A stretch of 64,000 nucleotides of DNA from Balanoglossus misakiensis (taxonomy: Eukaryota > Animalia > Hemichordata). Below the pieces are notes generated by a model. That model made no database searches, was not told the DNA's origin, and saw only the letters and a program-made list of their open reading frames with translations. The position numbers and the translations under genes were made by a program. Location of the stretch: positions 2,392,760 to 2,456,759 of the forward strand of contig CM082576.2 in assembly GCA_040954595.2 (NCBI GenBank), written 5' to 3'. Of this stretch, positions 30,101 through 61,547 are shown in pieces. Numbering within the stretch: position 1 is the stretch's first letter; each line of letters starts with the position of its first letter.

Positions 30101-31882
30101 AACCAGGGTACTGCAATAAACGGTCCCTAATTTGAATTTTTAAAAATCTTTTCAAAACGATTTTGAAACTAGATAAATATACTGTATAGGAGATAAGGAT
30201 ATGCCATTGTTATAATGAGAATTGACGATTTCCATCCATTCTAATGGCCTTCTTTCATGTCAAAGAAGAATTTAGATACTATTATCGATAATGCAATGCT
30301 CACGGAATGGACATTATGTGTTGGATAATGGACGTGCTTTCAAATGACTATAGCCTCCAAGTGTATACCTGTATATACATATACATGTACACTAGGCGCG
30401 AGTTACCTGAAAAATGGGGTAAATTGTCCCTTCGTGTGTGTTTGGTTTTTATTTTTGTAAACATGGAATACAACATAATATGTAAGTTAATATTGTGAAA
30501 TGATTAATTTTGACACTTTGCAGGTTCACCTGAGATTGACACAGATTTGGACTACATACAGGTGTCTATAGGGCGTGGCGCCTCAATCGACCCCCATTTC
30601 AGCGAAATATCACTGCAGTATAGGTTTGCCGTTCAATTAGCATCGAGCAGAATGTTAGTATCGATGGTGCTCCAAATTCAGGAACTGAATGCAAAAGAGA
30701 TTCAATTGAAAAGGACAACTACTTCACGTCCTCACATTCTGTATAATTTCCATGAGTCTGCTTCGTCGTTGCCGAGACAACGGCGAAAAATACAAAAACA
30801 ACAGCCACACAGACGTGACAACAATGTGAAATCTGTACAGGTGCAATGTAATAACAAACGCTTATCCAACGGCAACCGTTGCCGTCGCTATGGTGACCGC
30901 ATGGTAACTACACAATCATGGAATATATCACAATGTATAAACCACTCGGTGCTAAGAAAATTCTCACGCTACAATGGCGTCTAATAATGAAAGTGTACAC
31001 AAATTATACTACAATCTTCAGTAAAGACGAAATTGCCATAATTAGGCCTCTGGATCAATACAGTGATTTCAAGATTTAAATCCATCAACAGCAGATTCAC
31101 TGTATTTATATACACGTATAAGTTTATTTTATGTTCGTGTCATCTTTAAATCATACTCATACGTTTCATTTCATCTCATGTTTTAGTTGAAATTACATAT
31201 TCCTTTTGGGAACAAACCATGTTCTGTAAATATAAAGGGTGGGGAGCATCCAGCGTGTGCACCGCTGTGTGTATTTACAGGAATGATGTCAGTGGATTGA
31301 GCAAGATTTTTTATGTGGATATTCAACGGCTCTGTACACGAACGAGCACTCGGTTTAAACTGTGCGCATACTAAAAGAGAGTCATAGACTAAGGCTGGCT
31401 GCTCCTCAGCCTTCTAAGGGTCGGGAGAAAGTACCTTTAATCAAGAGGTGTACCATCATACTACATTTTCCATCATGGTTCATGCTGATCTGCTCAGCGA
31501 AAGTTACATTTCTATTGGCTGCTGAGGGATCCATTCGTAGTTCGATTGATAGATAATAATGTGGATCCGTATTACTTTCCGCGGCGCAGTAAAACGCGCG
31601 CTTAGGGAAGCCACTTAGAGCAACCACGAGCATGGTTGGGCGTGTGATGTACATGTACTCGAGCCTGGAGCTGTGAAAGATTTTTTGACATGTCTTAACC
31701 ATCTGGAAAAACACGTCTAGCACCATCTGATGTTTCAGTGATACATTCATGTCGTGGTAGCGATGGACCTCTCGTAGCCGGCCAATCGTACATGCAGTGT
31801 TGCTAACCAACTGGGCATATTCCCTGTACCGAGACTGTCAACGTCATTTTGGTTGGTTGAATCTTATCGTTGTTACAACACC

Positions 31883-34800
31883 ATGGAGACCAGGGAGTCG
31901 GACGGAGGAGAGAAGCGAAACTGTTCGTTTCAGCGGGTCTTCGGGTTGCTGTTCACCCATGTCGGTCTCGCGTTGCTGCTCGTCGGGTACGCCGTTCTCG
32001 GGGCCGCCGTTTTTAAGGCCATCGAGGGGCCGTTCGAGACCCAGGAACGAATCATGCTCGCTGAAAGCAGGCAGCGATTTCTGGAGTCCATGTGGAACGC
32101 AACCATTCACGAACAACCGGACAACTTCACTCTTTGGATGGAACGGGCATCTACAGTTCTCAGGGAATACGAGAACACGCACGCACGGTCTGTAAAACAC
32201 AGCACTACCGATGACGTACCACCCAAATGGACATTTTCTGGCTCGCTGTTCTTCTCATGCACGGTGTTTACAACCATCGGTAAGCTAAAAAGCTCATCAC
32301 GATACACGCACGAGCAATATAAATGTTATTTAAAACTATCCACACGTGGTTTCATTGTCAATGATGCAGTTTATAAACCCCATTAAAAGATTTGCCCTGT
32401 CCGATTTATTTTACAACGGCAACATCTGCCCTGGTTTCACCACTTATACACGATAATGCACATCACGGGTAAGGCACCGCAATGACATAGTTACAAATAA
32501 TACAAAAGTGCCCTCTCATCTCTGTCATTTACAAATAAAGAACAGTAAAAAATCGAGGTTTTCCATGAAAAAAAAAGAAGTTTCGATATAAGTTTATCTT
32601 CTACTCGCTGTAAACGCTGGCATCAGGGCAATGAAATCGAACACGTTGTAACCTGGCAATTGCAATTTTTAACATTCATTTATATGTCAGTGACATGCGG
32701 TGACCTTCGGGAAAATGCGTTGCGCCGTCAGAGAAAAACCGCGGTACAGATATTATAACTGCTTGTATCCATTGCTAACATACCTTCATCTTTGCGTGCT
32801 GCCAATTTTAGATGTCTATTTTCGGATTAGTAATAACCCCAGCGGTTTTGTTGCGCGAGATACTTGAATTGTGCGTCATTCAGTTTAGGCCAGTGAGTCA
32901 TATTTTCTAGAAGTTTGACATTGTTTAGAATTATTGCTCTTATTCATAAAACTGTTACTAAGAATGAGTGTTGGGTGTTCTGATGGATGCCGCAGGATTG
33001 AATGCATGGAAAATGATATGAGAGAAAACATTATGGCTGCAGTTAGTCAGTCAGTCAGTCAACAGTCAATGACTACATTCGAGACTACAATTAACCTTGC
33101 AATTTGCATATTTGTCATTTTCTATAATGCCCGAAAAAATGCGCATATGTTTTTGACATTTTCGTAAAGGATTGGGTCTACCATTCCCTTTGATTAACAG
33201 GTGACTACATGAGTGTTGATCGAGAACTGTCAGTTATATTGCTACTGCCCAACCTTATAGAATTGCTTAAAAATCCAGTACCACAAAGCTATTACTCCGA
33301 TATTGTGAGCATGAGATATGTCTTCCAGCTTGAAGACGGATGTATGACGTTTTACTATGATGGTAAAGTTATTGCAGTGAACCACGCAACTCTCGCGGAC
33401 AGCCATCAAGGTTTATCTTAGCGACATGCTGACAGCACAAGACGTATCGCTCGCTGGATTTGCTAAGTTCCTCGCAGAGAACGCCTGAGGTGAACGGCTT
33501 GCTTTGCGTACAGCAATAAATCATGGTCTTATTACGGAGGAACCGTGGCCTTATCTTGTCCCAGAAGGTTCGGTTTCATTCTTCGATTATCGAAGTAAAT
33601 CTTCTCTGATCATACACATCATGGCATATTCAACAGCCAATGCAAGTTATCGCTTCACTCGAGAGAAGTGCGAAGATAACCCTGCAGAACGAGACAATGC
33701 TTCGAGGAATTGATTATGACAAGCACAGCAAAATGAATTTTTCATCAGGGCGGAAGCTGAGGACGTACTTATCACACGGAGTGTATAGGGACAAGCGATA
33801 GCAGACAATGGTAGCAACATACGAGTATTCCTTTTTGATGGAAAGTTTAATTTCTCTGCAAAGGGCACCGCTTGCTGAAATATTTCTAGCGTCACCCTTA
33901 ATTATACCCGGCAGACGTTGCTGGTAAATGGAACCAATAAAAAAGAGCAGCATTTTCTGCATGGGTGAAGCCCGAGAATTGATATTGACTATATGCATGC
34001 ACACGGCATATCGCCCTCAGTCACGTCTCCAGGTCGAGCAATAAGTAATTACCAGCATTCGGTAGACTTCTTTTCTGTGCGTTCCTGAGACATGGAAATA
34101 GTTTTCAGGAGACTTGAAAGTTCAGTCGCGCGTCAAATTTCATGTAGACCAAACTGATTGATGTCTTGGCAGCTCAGAGCACACACCAATCTCTTCGTCT
34201 GTACTCTGATTGACCTTCCGCCGGCACATGCGGCAGAACAAGTGTTACAGTACAAACAAATTGCATTTTCAGTAAAATTTAAATGTATGTATGTATGTAG
34301 ATAGATATAGTCTGGTTGATGGATGGATGTCCTCTTGAAGTGACAGACGGATAGTCTAAGAAGTGTCTTACAGATGAGTGCAAAAACCATGAATTAAATA
34401 TGAAACATCTGCTTCACTCTATTGACGTGAGCAAGTGTCAATTTTTCAAGAGATGTCGCAGTGTTTGATATTTGCACACACATGACAAGGTGACAACAAT
34501 GGCGAAACAATTACAGTGATTTATGAAGAGCAAACACTCGGTGGTTAATCATTCAAAACACCCTCGATTTTTCTCCTCGACGGTGCATTATCGACTTCTG
34601 ACGGCTCGCGTACAGATTCATTCGACCTTCAACGCTAAAAATGTACCTACCTATATCTGACTACGTTCCTGTCACTTTCGCAAAGTAATTCATGAAGACA
34701 CATTATGATACCTCCATGGCTGTTAGATTTCTCGAATGATGACTGCTACTGGCGACGACACCGCTGTGCACAGCTCGGAAATAACGAGACGAGATACTGA

Positions 34801-35977
34801 CACGACTCTGAAAATATGTACAAAACTTTATGGATCGTGCATTTGCACCAAGACGAAATTTCACAGATTCAGAGCGTCACTGCATGGGCAGTAAAGCAAT
34901 AGCATTGTCCCCAGAAATAAAGTATTGACGTGATGATTTCGGGCAATTACAAATGTAATGACGTTTGAAACGAACAAATATCTGCAGTAAGCCACACTTA
35001 ATTGGGTGCTTGTATCCCATGATTGAAGGGATTATTTGATATTGATGAGCACATCTAATTTTGCTCACACTATCTGAACACCTGTCTTTTCAAGTTGATA
35101 TTGAGAACTCAAATTCTCCTTTCTTTAATTCTCTGTAAAGTCATAATGAACTGATATCTAAGTGATCAAGTTTTGTCATTTGGGATATAAAGAAAGTCGA
35201 TCAGTATGAAATATTTCCCGTCTTATTGCTGTACTCTTTCCTTGAATTGCAGGTTATGGCAACATGGCGCCGGAGACGAACGGCGGTCGAGTGTTCTGCA
35301 TGGTGTACGCGTTCTTCGGAATCCCTCTCCTGATGTTGGTGCTCGTTGATCTTGGTACGCTATTGGCGAGGGGCACCAAATTCTTGTACCTGAAATTGTT
35401 TCGCCCTTGCATCACCCGGAGAAGTGGCAAAATATCCTGTTTCGACACAGCGGACAAGGATGGCGACATGGCGTCTGAAGAAGCCGTAAAAGGGGTAAGC
35501 ATTAAGAGGGTCCCCTCACAGAAGGCTAACGACCGAGACGAGAACTGGGCCACTGACTACGGCGGGGAGGCGATAGTGATGGAAAACGCGAGAGGCGACC
35601 ACGACGGGCAAGAAGCCACCGACGAGGATATCGAGTTCGACATTCCTGTTCTTGCAATCGTAGCCTTCGGATTTCTCTACATCTGCGCACTGGCTGGCTT
35701 GTTATCGATCTGGGAGGACTGGGATTACTTCGAATGTTTCTACTTCTCCTTCATAACGCTGAGCACCATAGGGTTCGGCGACCTGGTGCCGGAGCACACA
35801 AAATTCACCATCGCGGCGTCGTTTTTCATTCTCCTCGGGATGACCGTTATGACCATGTGCATCACTCTCTCCCAGAGCAAGATTCAACATTCTCTGAAGT
35901 GGATGGGTTGGAGGATAGGAGTGAAAGCCAAGCCGAAGAAAGACGAAACGAAAATCACAGCAAAGTCTGACGCCTGA
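31883..35977 (+). CDS. Two-pore-domain potassium channel (K2P), paralogue B, ~373 aa
   Basis: Exons 31883-32279 and 35253-35977; same intron position as paralogue A; TTIGYG and STIGFGDLVP filters. Confidence 0.92.
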
Positions 35978-38900
35978 AACCGTACGGTACAGATCAACGC
36001 GGCTGCCTTGGATTGTCGACTTGGAACAGATTGCGGCCTGACTTTGAATGTGAATATGGAAATGGTCGCCCAAAATTGCAAGGATCACTGCATGGCAGGC
36101 TTTAGTCACAAGGTCTAATCATCCGTTACGATCGCCTAGCGTTAAAGATGGGTTGTCTCACGAAGTGTCATGGTCAGTTGGGAGTCACCAACTACGTTTC
36201 CATTTCTACCGCAGATGAAGCCCAGAAGGGGTGGACTTTATGGGAAACTAAACTCCGTTCTACATCAAACCAATTTGATCCTGTCAACTTCTTGGTCTAT
36301 GAAAAAACAACAGTTTTCATCGACGAATCAAGTTTCTGCATGACTCTATGAGTTATAATGTTTGGCTATTTTCATGATGAATTTCTTCATCTTTCTAGTC
36401 GTAAACCTTTTTGAACTATCAAATGTTTGGAGCCAGACAGAGCTCGAGGATCTCATTGCAAATGTTACACGTCCCAGTGAAGTACAGCGATGTTAGTTTT
36501 GATATTGTCTGTCGTAAATTATCGGAAGAGTCTGTTCCACTCGAGCTCGAAGCAAGCAGGATTTTATTGTAGATGGCAACGGGTACATTTTAATATAATT
36601 ACATGGATTGTGTTATTAACTTCTCCAGGAAATACGAGTAATGGAAAGCCTTTCATGGGTAATTCGGCGGAAGGCACAAAAACGCTGATGAAACGCTAAT
36701 GTGTAGTCGTTTTATACATAGAAGGGCAGGCGTTCTGGGAAATTGAAAGAGGTTTGACTGCTAATTGAATCAACTTCAATGACTGCATGTGCATGCGCAA
36801 ATTGTAGTTCCCCATGTGCCATTCGAGAACAGCTCGCCCTTTTTGTGAGTGAGGTTCCCGAAAGAATTTGGTAAGTGCACCGTCGTGATGAGGTCACTAC
36901 AAACACATTTTTGACGCAGATATTGACCATTTGTATGATAATGACGGTACTAAACACCAGACATATCTCTCTACCGTAACTTGCTTCTGGGGTGAATGTA
37001 TGCTTTTCAGCTAATATATCAAGCGTGTTAATTTTGGTTTATTACTTTGTACGCTTGGATTGTACGCACCTTTGTAAGACACTGTTGCTAATTTTTAAAG
37101 TTTTCTACTACATGTACTTTATACATGATGTTTTGAAGTTTTTATTTATATTAAATGAACAATTGCAGTGCATGCAGTGGTACACTCTGTGCGACCTTTT
37201 AGTGTTTGTCTATCAATTCCTTTAACCTAAAATTTCGATTTCATAAGTAAAAGGTCGCACAAGTTACTTTACTGGGTTCTATAAATTATTCATCAAATGA
37301 TATATGAACTGACATTTTAAGGAAACGTTATGTGTTTAATGATTGCAAATCATAAAGATTTATGACCTTCATTAATATTGATTCGATATTTTCGTGAAAA
37401 TTTGCATCTGTGTATTTCCAACTTAGTTCCTAACTTTCGGACTCGATAGAAATAGTAAGGGCAGAGTAATATTTTTCCCTGGTACAATTTATAGTACTTA
37501 ATTGTAAAATCTACATTGTAATTTTCTATCTCTTGACCATATCAGAGTCGTCTTCGCTGGAAGAAAACACTCATTGTTTTTTTTTCCTTTCTACAGCTGT
37601 ACTTATTCTCTATTGTCCTTTGACACCTGTTGGAGGAGACGAAGCAAGCATATGCATCTCAGCTGGTGGTTTTATTACCGTCTTTTCGGAATGTTTTAAC
37701 ACCTTGCTGTCTTTTGTTGCAATAAATCTCTTTTGTGTAAATTTAACTAGCAACCGATATGTTATTTACACTATGATGATAGACAGTCGAACCAGATTAA
37801 TTTATTTTAGAAGCATTAACCAATTTGCATATTCATGTGCCGCGACGTCTATGATGTGTTGCGTTTTACCCATACCCGAGGCCTTATGGGTTATTTTAGC
37901 TGAAAAAGACAAGCCGTTGCAGGGTTTTTTTTCAAATTCTGTGCACGATTATTCCGTCTAGTGCATGACAAAACATGTCGCCTAAGCGCGAGGATGAATT
38001 CATTGCAGTTTAAATAATTCCATCACAGGAATAACAAACATAACGTTTCGATGCCTTTCGTAAAATCTGACCAGAATACGCGTCTTATTTAGTTACATCT
38101 CTGGCCTCGAGTCATCACAGGGTGGAATGCATCACGTAGAAGCTATTGATTTACCGTGTTTATTTTGATCATTAGATCATAGCGTTTTGGTCGCTGGTTT
38201 GAAAGGCATCAATTGAGATCTAGAGGATGACCGTTGTAGCAAATCAGTGATCGATCATAAACATTACAATCAGCGAGTTTTAATCACCTGTTCTATGCTG
38301 TTGTTTTATTACAGCACCAAACCTTTGACTAACCTCAATTTAAAAATGCTTGAGATCAAAGAATGAACACGTGATGAAAACAAGAATATGATATCATAAC
38401 GATGTCGTTCTCTTGCACGATATGTAAAATTCAACTGTTGTAGATATTCGGACACTAGTCAATAAATGGTGACCATAGTAACAGGACAGGAAAACACAAA
38501 GGGGTTACTTGCAGATGCCCTAAAATACCTCGTAATTTCGATTTGTTGACAAGTCAATATTAAACTGATAAAAGTTATTAATCAGAATACGTACGCTGAA
38601 TATAAACGTGAAATCTGATCTTCAAAAGATAAAGAAGAGTATTAATTGCCAATTAAAAGTCAATTATCGCGGATAATTAAAATGTGTGGTAATTAAAGAG
38701 TGGATAATTAAAGTACGGACAAGGAAGATAACTATAGGGTTTGTGTCACTATTTAAAAGTGTCTAATTACCGGCTATAAATTTGAGGTAATGTTGTGAAA
38801 TCAACTATGGCTCGGATTACTGTTGACATAATCTTGTGTGAAATTCGACGCACCGAAACCTATAGGATCGAAAGTTACTAAGTACATGTAACATTGAATA

Positions 38901-40648
38901 ACTGTGCACATAGTGTCTTTTAAAGACAGCGTAATGAAACATAAACACACACATACTTCACAAATGATTTTCTTTCCATTGCTAGCACTGGCAGGAAATT
39001 TAATATCCTTTTTGTTGATGTGTTCATATTGACTTGCATACATTTCTATCTCATAACGGTATTCCAAATAATTAATTTATCAAGCTATTTTCTCAATACT
39101 GACATCACTAGGGTCTTGCCATGACACACAGCACCTTTTTTCAGTTGCTGCCCAACTGTAACTTCTGTACAGTCCCTAAACGCGCCGTCAAAATGAATCA
39201 GTCGATGCACAGACCACATCATTCACACTAAAACAGAAACCGTTTCAATGGACCTAATAATCACGAAGATCTCGTCACTAGGGGACTCAGCATATAGCGT
39301 GTGCATCAATTTTATTGACAGCTTAATTGAACATGTTGCTGAAATTATCCATCTTAAAAGAAAAATCGTAAGTATTCATTGTTACGCGACAGCCTTTATC
39401 ACTCCATGGACATTCGTCTCCTTCACCTACTGGGAATGCAGAAATTATGGGTAAAGACATGCCATGTTTCCATCATATTCACGTCGGCGCAGCAGCCTGT
39501 ACGCCTCAGGCCAGGGATCGATTTAAACGAAATAACTGATATATTTGCCGTAGAGGGCTTTGTACTACTGAAAACGCAATGACACCTGTATGCATTTTTA
39601 AAAGTATTTTTAAGCAAAGATACGCTAAAAACATACAATTATGATTGTTCTTTAAAATGATAAAAAGGTTTGGTTCCTGGATAACAATTTCCCAAATGAA
39701 ACCAAGGAATTTTTGAAGAAGAAATAAACGAGAAAAAAATTGGCAGCCAGCTTGTTGAATATTTATCACATGGAAGGAATACATGTGACAAGAGGGCAGA
39801 TTGCTAAAAGATGATTGATTGCCAATTAAAATGTCTGTATTCTTGTGTCTGTTACACATGACTGAGCTATGCATATCCAAGTACATGTGCTGCAATATGT
39901 ACTTTCATGCTGCTGTGTGTTATAATTTTGTGTTGGGTGGTTTTTCCTGGAGTGTCAACAAAATACACTTATGCAGTAGACGAGAAGCTCCAGAATTGGC
40001 AAATTGTGAATCTGAATTGATATGTAACATGCCAGATGCCATATGGAAGGAAATCACAAAACATTTGCAAGTCAAATGTAGTCTCGTTTCTTCCTTCCCG
40101 GATATCATAACACTAGGTATGTACATACCCTGTTTTCATATTGTATAGTTTTGCTTCCCACTACTTTTTGAAAGTGAGAACACCATAAGCCCTGTACATG
40201 TATGTAGTCTAGTGTTAAAATTCACGTAAAATGTGGCATTCACACATGACAATACTGTCAAATTCTCAGGATCAAAGAAGAATATTTACATCACATCATG
40301 TGAATACAAAATGTAATATATTTATCACAGCACTCCTACATGCAATACTCAAGAAAAGTGTTCTAAAAACATGTACCTATAGATACGAATGAGGGCTGTA
40401 CCACAGACCAGCAACAACAGGGGTGTATAGGCTGGAAGAAAGGGGAGGAACTGCATACTTGCTACCCATTCTCCCTACAGTTACAATTCTACAAATCTAT
40501 AATTCTACAGTTACAAGAACACTACGGTAAACCTTATTGTTGTACTCCTAGTATTTTCCTTTGTAAATGTGACGGCTATCTGAGATTCACAGGTTTGATG
40601 TGCACATACTCTCCAAGCATCCTCCATTTCCAAATGAGAGTGTCATTC

Positions 40649-42167
40649 TCACACAGATGACATGAATTTCTTCAGAATGTCGGGCACCTGAGACTCTTCA
40701 TAGTCCATGACAAGCAAGTTGGCACCATTGTGAATCCCCCTGATCATGCAAGATAGCTCTAAGGGAAACAAAGATGTGTTATGGTTAAGTGGCAGATACA
40801 TGTATACCCTTGTCAATCACACATGATTAAAATGGTAGAAGAATCACACACAGTGTTAGAGAAAGCTCTAGTAAAGCAGTCTGAAGTGAGAGGCAATAGC
40901 TGAAAAACCTGACAATAAAAAAATGTGAAGCCATTCTTTTATACTTTTGTTTTGGTCTTTATTCTTATGAAAAATACTCCTTTAATATATCTGGAACTTG
41001 TCCCTCTTCATAATTTTTCACAATCCATGAGCTGCCATTATCAATGCCCCTAATCATAGCAGATAGACCTGAATCAAAATCAAGAGAATGGAATCCTATT
41101 TGTTATGGACGTACGACTTTTGCATATTTACCGGTAAGATCCATTGGCCTTTTTTATCAGTTCTGTAATACTCTGAAACTTAAGCTGTGTATTTTGGGCA
41201 AACACATGAACCTACCACTTATGATTGAAACTTACTCATTTCAGGAGACGGCCGGAAGAGACACAAGATTTTCTTGTTCATAGCAACAGCTCTACCAATC
41301 TCATAGCCAACACCAAGAGATGGCTGGGTAACCTCGGCAACAACAACTTTCAAAAGATGACAACAAAATTGAATTCAGTGGAACTGAAACCTTGATGGAT
41401 TAAACACACCTGACTTATTCTATTACAGCCTTCGTGAGAAAGACAGCAGTATTAGTTTTATTACTTTGTTCCTAAATTTACTCTCTGTTTGTTGTAAACA
41501 TTAATTGGTGGCATCATCCCACAGACTAAAACAACAGCTGTAAGGGGAGCACTTCTCATCTAAACTCTACTCTCTCCATCTCCACGCTCTAAAAGCAGAC
41601 ATGCACTGCGAACCAAAACAAGACAGTTGAAGACTTACAATCAGACTTTTGCAACCAATCTACATCCCGGTCATGGATGAACTTCTCATCCTTTTCCCAA
41701 TCTGTTGAGAAATCATGACACCAACGTTATCACACATACAGAGATCATTGTTACATAAAACAGAAATTCCTCCGGTGTTATCTTGTTTTCTCTTTCTGGC
41801 AAAAGAAAGTTTTTCAACTCGGATCAACCATCTTGAAGTTCCGAAAAAAGTGGATGCCACATTTTGCAAAATTGCTGCCTATTTCCTGGTTGAAATGTTG
41901 TTGTTTTTTCTTCATGAAAGAATGTCCCACTGTGCCAGGAATCTCCCTCTATTGGGGTTTCTGGTGGGTGTACCCGAAAGCTTGCTAAATGGCACAGACA
42001 GGTGAGTATATTCAGAAAACTGACTCCTGACCTGTGTGCTCGCTGTAACCAACGTGCTCAGTGAGCACTGTACCATAGCTCTGTAGTTGTTTGATGATAC
42101 GGGCATAGAGTTCAGCATCCTGACGTCCACCTCGTATACTTCCACAGAAATAGATATTTCGATCCAT
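40649..42167 (-). CDS. DNPH1: 2'-deoxynucleoside 5'-phosphate N-hydrolase 1 (Rcl), ~139 aa
   Basis: Absent from the ORF track; exons 42167-42032, 41701-41639, 41346-41236, 40758-40649 give [68 protein letters not shown]..DYEE, matching DNPH1 signatures. Confidence 0.93.
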
Positions 42168-42279
42168 TCTTTCCCCGTACAAACAGCTAGAGAAGAGGAC
42201 AGGAACAAAGAAATTTGGGGGTTTTGTGGTATTTTGACTAGTACTTATTTTGTCATAAATCTATTGTAATATTTATAAC

Positions 42280-43080
42280 GCTTTCGAGTCGTTTCGGCAC
42301 CGCGGAGTTTCGGCCCCAGTCACTTCGGCACCCAATTTTCACGACCCCAGTCTGTACGGCCCCGACACCCCAGTCGTTTCGGTACTTATCGGTAGCCTTA
42401 AGTAAAATTGAATAAAACGTATGTATTTTTCCTGAGACTGTTAATGTTATAAAAGTAATAGTGGTAACCCTAGCAAAAGTAAAATTCAAGCAGACGGGAC
42501 TAAGAAAATGCAAATTCATAGCAGCGATTAACACAATCTATGGCGTGTTTTATCGGTCATTATGCAAATACATCTGTATAGCTCCACAAAGCAGGTCGCG
42601 CCGACAAAGCACTGAGTCGTGCCACACTATATGCCATTCTACCCGGTTGCAATGCTGTTTAGTTTTCTCACTTTAAGTTAAACTTGTATTCGTATGGAAG
42701 AAATAAAAATTTCGTATAACATATTGCTTTAAATGTACGTGCTGTAACCTAGGCCACAAACTTGGCACGCGTCGGGACTATAATTTATGCACGCAGAACC
42801 ATTAGATGATGTTTACCTATTTCATTAGCTACATTAAAATGATACTGTACAGGAAGCGAGAACTAATTCAACTTGTTACTTATCTGAAAGACTGTGGCGC
42901 CTGATGATACCCTTTTAATACGGGTATATACCCGGGGGACCTAGAGCCAAGTTTAGTTGGGCCATTACAGATAAGTACCGAAACGACTGGGGTGTCGGGG
43001 CCGAACAGACCGGGGTCGTGAAAATTGGGTGCCGAAGTGACTGGGGCCGAAACTCCGCGGTGCCGAAACGACCTGTTACC
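42280..43080. mobile_element. 801-bp non-autonomous DNA transposon (MITE; possibly Mutator-like) with ~103-bp subterminal inverted repeats and 8-bp TSD
   Basis: 42288-42390 is the reverse complement of 42970-43072 (2 mismatches); direct repeat TTTATAAC at 42272-42279 and 43081-43088; no coding capacity. Confidence 0.88.
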
Positions 43081-43242
43081 TTTATAACCGTCTAGTCGGT
43101 GTCAATGACAGTCTGAGTCCCCACTGAATCAAACCATATTCTTGTGCAAAAGTGTTTATACGAGAACTCTGCAGGAGGACCATTGCAGTTTTGCATTTCA
43201 ATCCAGTGTGCAACTATCAATGTTTGGTTGACCTTTGCTTAC

Positions 43243-43490
43243 CTTGCTTTGAGTGCGCGTGTGATTTCTAAAATGATTAACCACAGTCACTCCACCCAGG
43301 TTCACGAGTGTCAGTGCACTCACCACTCACGTGTGTATACATGGGGAAACGGAAACAGTTTTTGCACGGAATTGTGGGAGGGAGTTCCCTTACGTGGCAG
43401 TCGCCATTGTTAATTTCCGGTTTCTCTAGTGGTGACCGGCGAATAGTAATCAAAGAGATTTTTTGGAGTATTCGCGGTAATCGACGTAAG
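43243..43490. promoter_or_regulatory. Probable bidirectional promoter with non-coding first exons of DNPH1 (-) and SEC23 (+)
   Basis: Minus-strand donor AAG|GTAAGC at 43243/43242 and plus-strand donor GAC|GTAAGT at 43485/43486; both genes have acceptors just before their ATG. Between them: tcacgtg, ttacgtggca (43390-43399), cgccatt, ttccgg. Confidence 0.55.
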
Positions 43491-43957
43491 TATTCTATTG
43501 ATTTTGTATGGGGTTGTGTTTGAATATACCCCACGACATCAGATTGATCACCGGTTCCGATCCGGTATTTTTTGGAGACTTAAAATTGAAAATATTTGGC
43601 GATGCGGTTCCATGTGTGTATTGCAAGCGATATGCTGTCCTCTGCTACGTAACTTTCTGTGTGTTGGTCTTGAAATGACACGTCAGTGTTAGCCGCTTGC
43701 CACGATTACAGGTGTGACAGAAGGAGTATGAAGGAAGACTTATAAAAAGATCATTATTGACTTGTTTGGTGTACTGTAAACCAACATGTACCTCAAACAT
43801 ATGCAGTTCCGCATGTCTGATGAGTAAACAGCTGATTCGTGACGGAAGCCTCCAGCAGTTGTGTTCACGCTGTTCATTATAGTAATACACAAGTCAACCG
43901 ACGCTTGCTTGACAAAATTACCTTTCCAAAAACAGAAGATCGGGGCACAAAAAGTAG

Positions 43958-61547
<17,590 letters not shown>

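Noticed and set aside
25692-36109. Overlapping alternate-frame and antisense ORFs over the K2P exons, and most other short ORFs in the track
   Set aside because: Shadows of GC-rich exons or chance ORFs in AT-rich introns, often with non-ATG starts and no family motifs.
42288-43072. Repeated gtcgtttcgg units as a CRISPR-like array
   Set aside because: Eukaryotic context, inverted rather than direct arrangement, no spacers; explained by a MITE.
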